The notes: generated from the sequence alone by a model not told the origin. A stretch of 64,000 nucleotides of DNA from an uncultured Acidobacteriota bacterium (GCA_963836075.1 CAWIIB010000001.1:1792001-1856000); one strand, 5' to 3'. Positions 1 to 13,381 are shown, counted from the stretch's first letter. Translations and numbers: made by a program.

Positions 1-1569
1 AGTGTTGTACGTCCCGGCCAGATACGCGGCGTTGAAGTGGTCCTGGCCTTCCATGGGCGGGTCCCAGGACTGGTTGATCGAGCTCATGTAGGTCCCCACC
101 GCGCCGGTGGGCTCGCTGCCGTTGGTCGCCCGCAGCCAGGCCTCGGCGAAGCAGGTGTAGCCGTCGAACTGGCCGTTGACACAGGCCACCGAGACGATGA
201 AGGGCAGCAGGTTGTCGTTGGTCAGCGCATTGACGTTGCTGTTGGAGAAGCCGGTGGTGCTCCAGGAGGTGGTGGAGCCGTGGCCGCAGTAGTTGATGAT
301 TCCGCGGCCGGCGTTGAGACCGCTGGTCACCTGGGCCGCCGTTCCGCTGGGGTCGTAGATCTGGTCCACCAGGGTGTAGTCGCCGGCCAGCATGTCGGTG
401 CGGATGTTGTTCAGGTGCTCGTTGTCATACTCGCCGTCGTCGCCGGGACCCTGGTTGGAGGCCACGCCCATGCCCTGCCAGAACCAGCTCTCCGTGGTGT
501 ACTGGCTTTCTTCATACTCCACGGTGCGCAGCACCTGAGTGTCCACGTCGGCCGCCGTCTCGGCGGAGAACCGGCCGACAAAGATGTCGGGGTAGTCGTC
601 GCCGCCGGCCACCTTGGCGTAGCTGGGGTCGGAGGAACCGCCCGAGGCCGACGGCGTGTCCACCTGGGCCCCGTCACCCACCAGCAGCACAAAGGCCAGG
701 TCGCTGGTGTTGTAGGCGTTCTGAATGTAGTTGGTGATGGCGGTGGCGTTGTTGCCGATGGTGGATACCGGCACCACGGTGGCCGGGATGCCGATGGAGG
801 TCTTGTGGTCGGCCAGCACCTGGGCATTTGAGGTCCAGGCATCGTGGCAGATGATCAGCATGTCGCCGGCCTCGTCCAGCGGATCGTAGCGGCCGTCGAG
901 GTTGTAGTTGATGAAGTGGCCGCCATAGATGTCGTGGAACGAACCGTTGAGCTTTCTCTGGTAGGACCGCTCCAGCACGTTCACCTGGCCCGGGCCGTCA
1001 GCGACCACTTCCACGGTCATCGAGGTGTAGACGCGGAGTACGTGAAGCACCGGGTTGTACTGGAAGGGGTTCACCGTCACCACCACGCCGCGGTGGTCGC
1101 GCATGATATAGGGCTCGCGCAGCTGCGCCAGGTCGGCGGGCCAGAAGGCGTTCTCCTGGTAGGCCTTGCCAAAGGTGTAGGGCACGCTGTCCTTGTCCAC
1201 GGTGCGGGGAACGAATCCCTTGGAGGGCGCCACGTCCACGTCACTGATCTCGTAGTAGCGGCTGTCCAGCACGCGCAGGGCCATCTTCGCGTTGTCAGGG
1301 ATGATCACGCTGCGCGACACGTCGGGCAGCGCCGGCAGGCCGGCCTCGTGCTTCAGGCTCTCCCGGCCCAGCTCGAGGACCATCCAGGGCTCTCCGTCGA
1401 TGCGGACGGCGCTGCGGGTGAACTGGTCGAAACTGTATTCCACCACCACGCGGTCAGCGCTGTTCTCCAGGACGGTGACGTCAACCGACTCGCCGGCCCA
1501 GGCGCCGGCAGTGATCAACGCCGCCAGCAGCAGACAGAACGAAAAGAGTGCGGGATACCTTCTACTCAT
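1..1569 (-). CDS. C25 (gingipain-family) cysteine peptidase with signal peptide and propeptide; 3' end outside the window
   Basis: Absent from the ORF track because there is no stop in the window. Manual translation from ATG 1569: signal MSRRYPALFSFCLLLAALITAGAWA, propeptide-like GLPALPDVSRSVIIP...PFQYNPV, then FVLLVGD, YPDIFVGRFSAE, catalytic INYCGHGS and SVACVNG, FAEAWLR. Confidence 0.88.
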   Translation of the reverse strand, partial: MSRRYPALFSFCLLLAALITAGAWAGESVDVTVLENSADRVVVEYSFDQFTRSAVRIDGEPWMVLELGRESLKHEAGLPALPDVSRSVIIPDNAKMALRVLDSRYYEISDVDVAPSKGFVPRTVDKDSVPYTFGKAYQENAFWPADLAQLREPYIMRDHRGVVVTVNPFQYNPVLHVLRVYTSMTVEVVADGPGQVNVLERSYQRKLNGSFHDIYGGHFINYNLDGRYDPLDEAGDMLIICHDAWTSNAQVLADHKTSIGIPATVVPVSTIGNNATAITNYIQNAYNTSDLAFVLLVGDGAQVDTPSASGGSSDPSYAKVAGGDDYPDIFVGRFSAETAADVDTQVLRTVEYEESQYTTESWFWQGMGVASNQGPGDDGEYDNEHLNNIRTDMLAGDYTLVDQIYDPSGTAAQVTSGLNAGRGIINYCGHGSTTSWSTTGFSNSNVNALTNDNLLPFIVSVACVNGQFDGYTCFAEAWLRATNGSEPTGAVGTYMSSINQSWDPPMEGQDHFNAAYLAGTYNT

Positions 1570-1980
1570 GTGGGAAGCCTCCAGAAAAATTGGAAATGAT
1601 GACCCGAAAAATCGTAACCAAACACAGATCCAGGGGCCGGGCCGGGGAAACAGAGTGGCACGGCCGGACAACGGGGACATCCGGATATCGGTCAGGTTGT
1701 GGCTGCCCCGCTGCGCGGAACCGGCACATCCCGTCCGGAATAGTTACAAATTAAGGTCAAAATTATCATTAGTCAACAGCTTTTCATCCATTTAGCTGCC
1801 GACCATCAACAAGGTGTTGATTCGCGGGCGGTTGTCAATCCCGCCTGATTGGAGGGAATGCTAAGAATCCACAAATCCGGATCTCGGATCCCGCAACCGC
1901 TTGCTTGCAAAGACCCTGCGAAGCTGGCACCATCCCAGAAAACAAGGGACCGAAACCGACCGCCTGAGGATCCGAATTCG

Positions 1981-3534
1981 ATGAAAAAAACTCTTGTCGC
2001 CATCTTCTTTGTCGCCCTGGCCGCCGTCTTCATCGTTCTCATATTCAAGCCCGGCCTGCTGGACCGTCTCCAGCAGCCGGAACGGACTGATCAGCAGGAA
2101 GAGGCATCCCCGGTGGATCAGCCACCGGAGCAGGCCCCTCCCCCACCCGCCGCCGTGACCGCTGAAAAAAAGAGCACCGCAAGACCGCAGGAACCTGCCG
2201 CGGCCGCCGTTCTGCTGGACCAGCTCACCGGCCGATCGGTCTATGTCAACGGGACCGACCAGGCGGGCCGCGAGCGCTGCCAGGTTCCCCCGGGGCGGAC
2301 GGTGGTGGTCACCTGGGACAGGGCGGGCCACGGCTATTCCCACGAGCTGATCGAGGCCCGGGCCGGAGAGACGGTGTCGCCCCGGGCAACTCTGGAGAGG
2401 GTCACCCCTGCCCCGGCCTGGAACGGGTTCCAGGGTGGGGCATCCAGGACCGGGCTGGCCGATGCCGAGGCCCGGGATGGATTCACGCTGCGCTGGGAGG
2501 GCCGGGTGGAGGACGAGGTTTGCTCTTCGCCGGTGATCCGGGGCGGCACGGCCTTCCTCGCCTCGGACACCTGTTTTGTCCGGGCGTTGGATCTCGCCAG
2601 CGGCGCACTGCTCTGGTCCCACGGCACCGTGGGCTCCAAGGTCAACCCGGTGGTGGCGGGGGATTTCGTGTTCGGCGGCAACGACGTGGGCCGCTTCGAA
2701 GGGTTCCGGACATCCAAGGGCAAACTGAAAGGGACAGCCAGTCTGGGCAGCGGACTGTCCGGACTGGCCAGGGTGAACGACGACCTGCTGCTGGCCGCCA
2801 CCAGCGGCGGCATGCTGCTGGCCGTGCAGACCAGGAAGAGTATGGTGGGTCGCCTGCCGCTGAAATTCAGTTGGGAGGTCACCGTTCCCGGGTTTGGCGG
2901 TTCCACGGCCACGCCGCTGGTTCTGGGAGACCGGGCCATCCTGCAGACCGCGCAGGGGCAGCTGCTGGCCCTCTCCATCTCCGATGGCAGCATGATCTGG
3001 CCCGCCGGACTGCAGACCACGGAGGGCGCGGTGGCCGGTCCGGATCCCGACTCCAACATGACCTTCCGCTTCGCCGGAAGCCAGGGGTTCCTCACCCCGA
3101 CGCCGGCGGCGGAGCAGGGGGTGATCTACGCGGCACACGGCGACCGGATCAGGGCGGTGCAGACCGACGACGGCGCGCTGCTCTGGGAGCGGGAGATCGG
3201 CAGCAGCGTGGCCTCGTCGGTTTCCCTGGCCTGGGGCACCATCTACCTCGGCTGCACCGACGGCACGGTCCGTGCCTTCAGCTGCCGGGACGGGCTGCCG
3301 CTCTTCCGGGCCAGCATGGGCCAGGGTCCGATCTTCGCCTCGCCGGTGCTCTTTGACGGGCAGTTGCTGGCGGCCACCGGGGAGGGGAAACTGGTCCTGC
3401 TGAACGCCTTCAGCGGCGCCGTGCTGGCCGAGGACAGCAGACTGGCCGGCACGCCCATCGACGCCACCCCGGCCGTCTGGCCCGGCGGCATCCTGGCCGT
3501 CAACCGCGACGGCAAAATGGCATGTTTTGAGTAG
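1981..3534 (+). CDS. Membrane-anchored PQQ-like beta-propeller repeat protein (BamB-like repeats)
   Basis: N-terminal hydrophobic segment MKKTLVAIFFVALAAVFIVLIF; WNGFQGGASRTG; repeated SSPVI, ALDLASGALLW, DGALLWE, ASPVL, ATPAV motifs. Confidence 0.8.
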   Translation: MKKTLVAIFFVALAAVFIVLIFKPGLLDRLQQPERTDQQEEASPVDQPPEQAPPPPAAVTAEKKSTARPQEPAAAAVLLDQLTGRSVYVNGTDQAGRERCQVPPGRTVVVTWDRAGHGYSHELIEARAGETVSPRATLERVTPAPAWNGFQGGASRTGLADAEARDGFTLRWEGRVEDEVCSSPVIRGGTAFLASDTCFVRALDLASGALLWSHGTVGSKVNPVVAGDFVFGGNDVGRFEGFRTSKGKLKGTASLGSGLSGLARVNDDLLLAATSGGMLLAVQTRKSMVGRLPLKFSWEVTVPGFGGSTATPLVLGDRAILQTAQGQLLALSISDGSMIWPAGLQTTEGAVAGPDPDSNMTFRFAGSQGFLTPTPAAEQGVIYAAHGDRIRAVQTDDGALLWEREIGSSVASSVSLAWGTIYLGCTDGTVRAFSCRDGLPLFRASMGQGPIFASPVLFDGQLLAATGEGKLVLLNAFSGAVLAEDSRLAGTPIDATPAVWPGGILAVNRDGKMACFE

Positions 3535-3555
3535 AATGGATGGGGAGACTGAACC

Positions 3556-4314
3556 ATGAACCTGCACGGGGTATTTCAGAGCGGCGACGCCGCTCCACAG
3601 CCGGAGGATGGTGACCGCTACGACGTGATGGTCTTCGGCGCCCACCCCGATGACGCCGAGATGGCCATGGGCGGGACCATGATCCGGCTCACCGACGCGG
3701 GATACCGCATGCTCAGCGTCACTCTGACCAAAGGCCAGATGAGCACCCGGGGCAGTGTGGAAGAGCGGATGAAGGAGTTCGAGGCCGCGTCAAAGATCGT
3801 TGGCTGCGACGGCCTGGCCCTCGATTTCATGGACACCGAGGTGACCAATACCCCCGCGAAACGTAAAGAGATCGCCGCCCTGATCCGCCGCCACCGGCCG
3901 AAGATCGTCTTCGCCCCCTACCACACCAACCCCTATGGCGAGCTGTGGGGCATCGCCAACGTGGACCACTACGCCACCGGCGGGCTGGTGCGGGACGGGT
4001 CCAAGATGGCCCGGCTGGACAAGGTGGTGCCCGACCTGCCGCCGCACCAGATCGACCAGCTCTACTTCTACATGCTGCCGCGGGACGTCCACCCCATCAT
4101 GCTGGTGGACGTGAGCGACGTGATCGAGCGGACCTTCGAGGCGATCCGCTGCTACCGGTCGCAGATGGGGCTGGTGATCAGCGGCAACCGCATCGAGGCC
4201 ATCCTGCACGCCATGCGGGCCCACCCGGGCATCGCCATCGGCGCCGAGTATGCCGAGGGGTTCACCACCGAACTGCCGCTGCGTATGGACGCCGACCTCT
4301 TTTTCCAAGTTTGA
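3556..4314 (+). CDS. PIG-L/LmbE family N-deacetylase (BshB1-like)
   Basis: FGAHPDDAE motif, LTKGQMSTRG, IRRHRPKIVFAP, YRSQ, YAEGF. The usual second HPDH motif appears as NVDH after an insertion. Confidence 0.85.
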   Translation: MNLHGVFQSGDAAPQPEDGDRYDVMVFGAHPDDAEMAMGGTMIRLTDAGYRMLSVTLTKGQMSTRGSVEERMKEFEAASKIVGCDGLALDFMDTEVTNTPAKRKEIAALIRRHRPKIVFAPYHTNPYGELWGIANVDHYATGGLVRDGSKMARLDKVVPDLPPHQIDQLYFYMLPRDVHPIMLVDVSDVIERTFEAIRCYRSQMGLVISGNRIEAILHAMRAHPGIAIGAEYAEGFTTELPLRMDADLFFQV

Positions 4315-4407
4315 ACCGGGGGTCAGCCCCGAGCCCCCGGCAGGTAGCGGCAGACCGCCGCGTCGCAGGCTGCGCCCGCTCGCGTTGACAACGGGTGACG
4401 ATCCCGC

Positions 4408-7392
4408 TCAGGGATTCACCGTGGGGCTGGCGCCGAAACCGGCGCCGTAGACGATGGCGTTCATCAGCACCCGCCCGGTGCCCAGGGAGGCGCCGCGGAA
4501 GGTGGGCGACGAGGCGAAGAGGATCACCTGTCCCCGGCCGGAACGCTCACGGGTCACCCAGGCGGCATTGGCCAGGCGATACGCCGCTTCGGGCCAGAGC
4601 AGGCCGCTCATCCTCAGGCGCAGTTCCTGCCCCGGCGGCAGGGCGGCCCATCCGGTGCGCGGCACGGCCTTGACCGCTTCCTCACCTTCCTTGCCCTCGG
4701 TGTCCTGCTTGCGGCTCTTCGAGCCCTTCCCCTCCGAAGGCCCGTCATTCGCCGGCGAATAGACGCCGAAGCGGACCGGCGCGGCCACGCCGTCGGCGGC
4801 CATCAGCACCGGCAGGTTGCTCACTCCCCGGCCGGCCAGAACAGGCAGTATGTCACCACAGCCCATGGTGAGCCAGTGTTCCGGGTCAACGCGGCTGGCA
4901 AGGAAGGCGCCCCCGGGCATGAACAGCCGCTGCCACTTGTCCTGCTTTTCCAGTTCAGGCAATGGCGGGGCAGGTTTGCCGCCACGAGCGGGCCAGGGGT
5001 AGTCGATGCTCACCGGCGCCGTGTGGGACCAGACCGCGTCCTCAGCCGGCGGCGGATCGTTGCGGCCCTTCCACTCGCGGTAGATAGCCAGTTCGTAACC
5101 GTCCAGCTTCTCCAGGACGTCGGGCAGCTGCCGCACCTGGCTTACACCGGATTCCTCCTTGGCCAGAAGCGCGGCCGAGCCGCCGATGGCGATCAGCGTG
5201 CCGCCGTTCTTGACCCAGCGGGCCAGGCTTTCGGCCAGGCCCTTGGGCAGGTCGGAGTACCGGCTGGCCATCACGATCACGTTGTAACGCCGCAGGTCGC
5301 TGTATCCGGCGCTCTCCTCGTCGAGCTGGGAGTGGCGGATGCCCAGGGTGTGGTCCAGCGCGTGCCAGATGGAGCCGAAGTCGGTGCTGCCGGTGCGGCC
5401 GCGGGTGAGCAAAGCCACCGCCGGCTGGTTGAGCAGCCGGAAGTGCCGCCCGCCCATGTCGGGCAGCTCACCCTGGCCCAGACCGGTGGTCACCGGCTGC
5501 ACGGCCAGTTCAAGCCGTCCGGTGACCTCGCCGACTACCGAGACCAGGTCACCGTCAAAAACCTCGTTGTCGTTGAGGGTCACCAGCACCGACCCGCGGG
5601 TGAACTTCTGTCCGTTAAAGGAGAACGCCTTGTCGGCCACGCGCACTTGCACACCGCGCTCCATCAACCGGGCGGCAGCGGCCACCGAGCGGTCGTCGGC
5701 CCCGTCCACCACCCAGGCGACGGTCTCGTCAGTCCTGCTCACCGCCGCAAGCTCCACCGCTTCCACCCCGGCCAGCGCTTCGGCGGAACCGGGAAGCGGA
5801 CCCGGGACAGCATAGGCCTCCAGGCCGTAGAGCATGGTGATGTTCCAGGCAGTGATGTCATACATCCGGGAGCGACCTTTGAGCAGCAGCTCCTCCCGCT
5901 CGCGGCGCAGGGTCTCCGGTTTCATGCGCGGATCAAAGTCGAGCAGCGCCGCCACCAGGTGCGCCTCGGGCTGCCGCCGGGGGATGAGCAGGCTGCCCGC
6001 CGGAATGACGGCACCGTCCTTCGTCCGCCCCAGCTGGCCCACGGCCCCGTTCACGGTCAACTTCTCACTGGTCCGGTAAACATCCACACCCTGGAGGGCC
6101 ATCAGATCCTCGAAGGCCTTCATCCGGCCCCGGTTGGCGGAGGCCAGCACCGCAAAGTAGCCCTCGGCAAAGGGGCTCTGGCTGCCGGTGACCTTTCTCC
6201 GCTCCTCGAGGAATTCTTCGAGGAGCCGGGTGCCGTTGCGGTGCAGGGTGTTCATGTTGGCCATGGTGCTGGCCACCTGGTGGTGTACCGACTCGCGGTA
6301 GGTCACCAGTTCGCCCGACGGCTTGCGCACGGCGTCCTCGGCGATACGGGGCTGCTCGTAGAGGATGAAGATGGCGCCCCTGAACCCGGCCCAGGACGAG
6401 TAACCGGGGTACCACTCCTCGTTCCACTCGCCATGGTAGTACGGCCAGCCGTAAACGTCGAAGGCCCGGGCCTGGTCGCTGGCAAAGATCGAGGCCCAGT
6501 GCCAGCGCCGCTCGGGGAAGAAGGGGTTCAGCGGTTCCCGGCCCGGAGAGAAGAGGTAGGTGTCCTGGGATCCCATCTCGTGGCCGTCCACCATCAGCAT
6601 CGGCCGCCAGTTTCCCACCGCCTCCAGCCGGCCGCGGGTCTCGGGGTGCACTCCAAGGATCCAGTCGCGGTTGAGGTCGAAGAGGTAGTGGTTGCCCCGG
6701 CCCGAGGGCCAGTAGCCGCGGTGGAGCATCGACTGGCTGTCGAGATTGGGCATGGTGCCGCGGTGCTCGGCGGTCTGCTTGTAAAACCGCTCCCGGCCGT
6801 CGGGATTCTGCAGCGGATCGACGATCACCACCAGATCGTCCAGCAGTGTATCCACGTCGTCGCCGGTGGCCGCCGCCAGGTGATAGATCACGGCCAGGGC
6901 CGCATCGGCGCCGGAAGTTTCATTGCCGTGGATCGAGTAGGCGAACCAGCCCACCGCCGGCAACTCTTCCAGCAGCCGGTCGGCGTCCTCGCCGGACAGC
7001 CCCCGGGGGTCGGCCAGTTGGGCCATGCCATCCCTGATCTCATCCAGCCGGGCCATGTTCCGCTCGGAGGTGAGGATGACGTAGTGCAGCGGCCGGCCCT
7101 CGTGGCTCCGCGCGTATTCCACCAGCTTCGCCCGGGGGCTGGCCTCGGCCCAGACACGGAGACAACGCTCGATGGAGGCCGGGTCGGGGAAACGATCGCC
7201 GATGCGATGGCCCAGGACCTCTTCCGGCGTGGGGATCGCGGGATCGTACGTCGCCCCGGGAAAAAATTCGGCATCGTAGACCAGGCCGGGTACTTCGGTG
7301 GGCGGCGGAACAACGACTTCATCGCCCGGAACCGCCGGGACGGCAGACCAGCCGAAAACCAGAATGATGGTGAGCAGAAGACGGATCTTCAT
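4408..7392 (-). CDS. Secreted M14-family zinc carboxypeptidase
   Basis: Signal peptide; SIHGNE zinc motif, QNPDGRER, DLNRDW, DGHEMG; 994 aa. Confidence 0.88.
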   Translation of the reverse strand: MKIRLLLTIILVFGWSAVPAVPGDEVVVPPPTEVPGLVYDAEFFPGATYDPAIPTPEEVLGHRIGDRFPDPASIERCLRVWAEASPRAKLVEYARSHEGRPLHYVILTSERNMARLDEIRDGMAQLADPRGLSGEDADRLLEELPAVGWFAYSIHGNETSGADAALAVIYHLAAATGDDVDTLLDDLVVIVDPLQNPDGRERFYKQTAEHRGTMPNLDSQSMLHRGYWPSGRGNHYLFDLNRDWILGVHPETRGRLEAVGNWRPMLMVDGHEMGSQDTYLFSPGREPLNPFFPERRWHWASIFASDQARAFDVYGWPYYHGEWNEEWYPGYSSWAGFRGAIFILYEQPRIAEDAVRKPSGELVTYRESVHHQVASTMANMNTLHRNGTRLLEEFLEERRKVTGSQSPFAEGYFAVLASANRGRMKAFEDLMALQGVDVYRTSEKLTVNGAVGQLGRTKDGAVIPAGSLLIPRRQPEAHLVAALLDFDPRMKPETLRREREELLLKGRSRMYDITAWNITMLYGLEAYAVPGPLPGSAEALAGVEAVELAAVSRTDETVAWVVDGADDRSVAAAARLMERGVQVRVADKAFSFNGQKFTRGSVLVTLNDNEVFDGDLVSVVGEVTGRLELAVQPVTTGLGQGELPDMGGRHFRLLNQPAVALLTRGRTGSTDFGSIWHALDHTLGIRHSQLDEESAGYSDLRRYNVIVMASRYSDLPKGLAESLARWVKNGGTLIAIGGSAALLAKEESGVSQVRQLPDVLEKLDGYELAIYREWKGRNDPPPAEDAVWSHTAPVSIDYPWPARGGKPAPPLPELEKQDKWQRLFMPGGAFLASRVDPEHWLTMGCGDILPVLAGRGVSNLPVLMAADGVAAPVRFGVYSPANDGPSEGKGSKSRKQDTEGKEGEEAVKAVPRTGWAALPPGQELRLRMSGLLWPEAAYRLANAAWVTRERSGRGQVILFASSPTFRGASLGTGRVLMNAIVYGAGFGASPTVNP

Positions 7393-7500
7393 CGGAAGCC
7401 CTCCGGGAACTTATTTGTTGTGCGATGAAAGCGCGGCCCTGTCCGGGCCGCCGCATGTACTCCTAGAATAGGCCGATGAGGCGGGAAAGTCCAATGGGGA

Positions 7501-8954
7501 TCAGATCTTCCTCGTCTTCCACGTCCCCCGGCGAAAGACCAGGATACCCACCACGGCGATGAGCGATTCGGCCGCGGTGATGGCGATGAAGACGCCGCTG
7601 GCGCCGAGGGCGGTCCAGCTGGCCAGCGCAAAGGCCAGCGGGATCTGGAACAGCCAGTAGCAGAAGAAGTTGATCACCGTGGGCGTGGTGGTGTCGCCGG
7701 CGCCGTTGAAGGCCTGCACCATCACCATGCCATAGGCGTAGAACCCGTAGCCGTAACTGATGAAGCGCAGGCAGTCGATGCCGAAGGCCACAACCTCCGG
7801 GTCGTCGCTGAACAGGCGGATCACCGGTTCGGCAAAAACGATGAAAATAACGGCCAGCCCCACCAGGAAGAGCATGTTGTAGAGCGCGGCCCGCCAGACC
7901 GATGTCTCAGCCCGCTGCGGCTGCCCCGCCCCGAGGTTCTGGCCCACCAGGGTGGCCGCGGCGTTGGCCAGGCCCCAGGCAGGCATGATGGCGAAGATGA
8001 TGACGCGGATGGCGATGGTGTAGCCGGCCACCGCACCGGAGCCGAAGCGCCCGATGATCCAGACCAGGCAGACCCAGCTGGAGGTGCCGATGAGGAACTG
8101 CAGCACGCCGCCCACCGAGATACGGATCAGTCGCAGCATCACCCGCGGCCGCAGTTTCAGCACCCGGGCGGTGAAGCGGACCCGTGTCTTGCCGCGGAAG
8201 AGGATCCAGAGCTGGAGTAGGACCCCGGTGCCCCGGCCGATGGTGGTGGCCACCGCCGCGCCGGTGACCCCCAGCTCGGGGAAGGGCCCCAGGCCAAAAA
8301 TCAGGCAGGGGTCGAGGACGATGTTGATCCCGTTGGCCAGCCAGAGCACCCGCATGGCGGTGGCCGCATCCCCGGCGCCGCGGAAAACCGCGTTGATCAG
8401 GAAGAGCAGCATGATGGTGGTGCTGCCGCCCAGCAGCACCGCGGTGTAGCCCGACCCGGCGGCCACCAGCTCCGGCGTCCCGCCCATCAGCCCCAGCAGC
8501 TGCCGGGCAAAGACGGCCCCGGGTACGGCGATGAGCAGCGAGACGAAGATCCCCAGGGCCACCGCCTGCACCGCGGCCACCGTGGCCCCGTTCTCGTCCT
8601 GCTCGCCGATGCGGCGGGCCACCATGGCGGTGGTGGCCATGCTCAACCCCACGGCCACGGCAAAGACCAGGGTGATGATCGCCTCGGTGAACCCCACCGT
8701 GGCCACGGCGTCGACTCCCAGGCGGGAGACGAAGAAGGCGTCGGTGACGGCGAAGACCGACTCCAGCACCATCTCCAGAACCATGGGGACGGCGAGGAGG
8801 AAGACGGCCCGGCCGATGGAGCCGCTGGTGAAGTTCTGCTCGGTGCCGGCCAGGGCCAGGCGCACGGTGGCCCAGACCCCGCGGCGGTGAACGATAATCG
8901 GGGGGATGGGGGAATCGTCCCCGGCCTGGTCCTGCGACGGTTCCTGGTTCATGG

Positions 8955-8958
<4 letters not shown>
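7501..8958 (-). CDS. MATE family efflux transporter
   Basis: LAVPMVLEM, FRGAGDA, NIVLDP, GVTGAAVAT, VGQNLGAG, FNGAGDT; about 12 TM segments; start overlaps the tex stop. Confidence 0.92.
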
Positions 8959-11116
<2,158 letters not shown>

Positions 11117-11205
11117 GGTGGGAGATTCTAGTTGTTTGCGGTGGGTCTGGCCAGCCCTTTCTCAAGATGCTCGCCGTCAGCCAGCCGAAGGGAGGCGTGG
11201 CACTG

Positions 11206-12267
11206 TCAGGCCGTTCCCAGCGCCCGGGACACCAGCGCCAGTCCCTCTTCCAGCCGCTGGCCGGCATCGAGCCAGCTGACCCGGAGGGTGCCCGGGGATT
11301 CGAACAGGGTGCCGGGGACCAGCAGCAGACCATGCTCGTCGCAGAGGCGTTCGGCCAGGGCCATGTCGTCCACCCCGCCGGGCAACCCGACACAGGCGAA
11401 GCCGGGGCCTTGCGAACGGTGCCAGGAGAGGTTTTTATCCGCCTCGACCCAGGACTGCACCGTGTCGATGCCGTCCCGGGCCTGCGCGCGGGCGGCGTCC
11501 CGGCGCTGGTCGGCCTGCTCCATGAAGGCCAGGCCGGCCATGGCGCAGGGCGCGGCGGCCATACCCATGTTGAGGTGGCCCCAGCGGATCCGTTCCACCA
11601 GGTCGGCGCGGGCCGAGATCCAGCCCAGGCGGGCCCAGTAGGAGCCGAACAGCTTGGAGAGGCTGGAGACCACCACCACGTTGTCCGCCAGGCCGTGGAA
11701 CGAGTCGGTATGGCCGAAGCCGCGGTAGACCTCGTTGATCACCAGCAGCGCGCCCCGGTCCGCCGCCATGGCGGCCAGGGCCAGCACGTCCTCGCGCTTG
11801 GACACCACGCCGCTGGGGTTGTGCGGCTCGGTGATCATCACCAGGCCGGTCTGTGGGGTGATCAGCGCTTCGGCGTCGCCCAGCGGCAGCTGCCAGCCGT
11901 GGTCAAAACGGCGGACCAGCCGCTGCACCGGGCCCAGACGCTCGGCCTGGCGCAGCATCGGCTCGTAGACCGGCTGTTCGATCACCAGCCGGTCGCCGGG
12001 ACCGGTGGTGCAGAGCAGGCCCAGCAGGCTGCCCGCGGTGGCCCCCGGCGAGAAGACCAGTTCCTCCGGCGGGATCCCCAGCCAGCCGGCCAGGGCGGCC
12101 TCGAAGCTGGTGGCCGCCTCGTAGGGGTTGCCGTCATAGCCGATGTCCAGCTGGGCCGGGAAGACCGCGGCCACGCCGCTGGAATGGAGGTTGATCGCCC
12201 GCTCGTGCTGCCTGAGGCGGGGAAGATACCAGGAGAGATAGTCGCTGCGGCAGAAGTGGTCGGTCAT
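11206..12267 (-). CDS. PLP-dependent aminotransferase, class I/II
   Basis: PHNPSG, INEVYR, SSLSKLFG...RLGW (PLP lysine), LLVPGTLF. Start uncertain (12267 or 12294). Confidence 0.85.
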   Translation of the reverse strand: MTDHFCRSDYLSWYLPRLRQHERAINLHSSGVAAVFPAQLDIGYDGNPYEAATSFEAALAGWLGIPPEELVFSPGATAGSLLGLLCTTGPGDRLVIEQPVYEPMLRQAERLGPVQRLVRRFDHGWQLPLGDAEALITPQTGLVMITEPHNPSGVVSKREDVLALAAMAADRGALLVINEVYRGFGHTDSFHGLADNVVVVSSLSKLFGSYWARLGWISARADLVERIRWGHLNMGMAAAPCAMAGLAFMEQADQRRDAARAQARDGIDTVQSWVEADKNLSWHRSQGPGFACVGLPGGVDDMALAERLCDEHGLLLVPGTLFESPGTLRVSWLDAGQRLEEGLALVSRALGTA

Positions 12268-12365
12268 GGAACCTCTGGAATGGAATGATGTCATCGATCT
12301 GAACTCGAAGAAATAATAGCAGAGCCGGGAACCCGGGAACAGGCGAGGAATATCCGCCTCCCGGT

Positions 12366-13190
12366 TCAGGCGGGCCCGGCCAGTTTGACGGTGGCCACGA
12401 GTTTCCGCGGCTTACCGCCTGGGAGACCCACGCCGCCGCCCATACCGCTGTCCGGACCGCCACCCCTTTTGCCCGAGTTGCCGCGGGAATTTCTCAGGGC
12501 AATCATCTGCTGCCGGACCTCCGAGGTCATCTTCCCGCTTTGCAGTACCAGCCGGACCTTCTGTCCACCAACGCCCCGCTCCAGGGCCGCACCGCCGAAC
12601 AGGGCGTCCAGCGGGAGCCGGAACTCGTAGCAGTAGACATCCCCCTCGATGTCGGATCCGGCGGCCGGGCCGTCGGGGAGGCTTTCGGACATGGTGCGCA
12701 CGCGGCCGCCCTGTTCCACCACGATCCTCCCCGGCACCGGGAGGCCCGAGCCCTCGCCGGTCTCGAAGGGCAGCGGCATGCGACCGCCCCCGGGGCCCCC
12801 GCCGGCCCGCGTCAGATTGTCGGAGAGGGCCACGCTGCCGTGGTAGCGGATCTCCAGGTCCGAACCGCCCGCGCCGGCAGCCTGAACCACCAGCCCCAGC
12901 ACCCGCAGCCGCCGGGCCAGCTGCAGGTCACTGCTGCGGGCAATCAGGTAGAGATAGCCCTCGTCGTTGGCCACCCCCACCACCAGGCCGTCCATCTCAT
13001 CCACCTGGTGAACGGGGATCTTTTCCCAGTCGCTCCAGGCGCCGTCGATGACCATGGCGGCGGGCGGGCGGCGGGACTGCAGTTCGTCCTTGCCGCAGGA
13101 CGTGAGCACCAGCAGCTCCGCGCCCAGGCTGAGCAGGAGAAGAGTGGTGAGCAGCAGGGCTGCCGGCCGGCGGAATCGGTCCTTCTTCAC
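12366..13190 (-). CDS. Hypothetical lipoprotein-like protein, possibly DOMON/CBM9-like
   Basis: GTG start after AGGAGG; hydrophobic leader ending LTSC; VIDGAWSDW and YEFRLPL motifs; Gly-rich tail; co-oriented downstream of the Spy/CpxP gene. Confidence 0.6.
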   Translation of the reverse strand: MKKDRFRRPAALLLTTLLLLSLGAELLVLTSCGKDELQSRRPPAAMVIDGAWSDWEKIPVHQVDEMDGLVVGVANDEGYLYLIARSSDLQLARRLRVLGLVVQAAGAGGSDLEIRYHGSVALSDNLTRAGGGPGGGRMPLPFETGEGSGLPVPGRIVVEQGGRVRTMSESLPDGPAAGSDIEGDVYCYEFRLPLDALFGGAALERGVGGQKVRLVLQSGKMTSEVRQQMIALRNSRGNSGKRGGGPDSGMGGGVGLPGGKPRKLVATVKLAGPA

Positions 13191-13381
13191 CTCGTACCTC
13201 CTTTTGGCACGCCCCGGCGGGGCAGGACGTCCACCCCCACCTCTCCTTCCGATGACACGCAGCCATTACCCTGACAGACACCGCTGTTCAGATCAAGTTG
13301 TTGGGTGGGATGTCTACCCGGCCGGCGGCAGCCCCTCCTGGCGCCAGCCGGCCGGGATCTGGAATCCGGTGGGGGAGAAGG

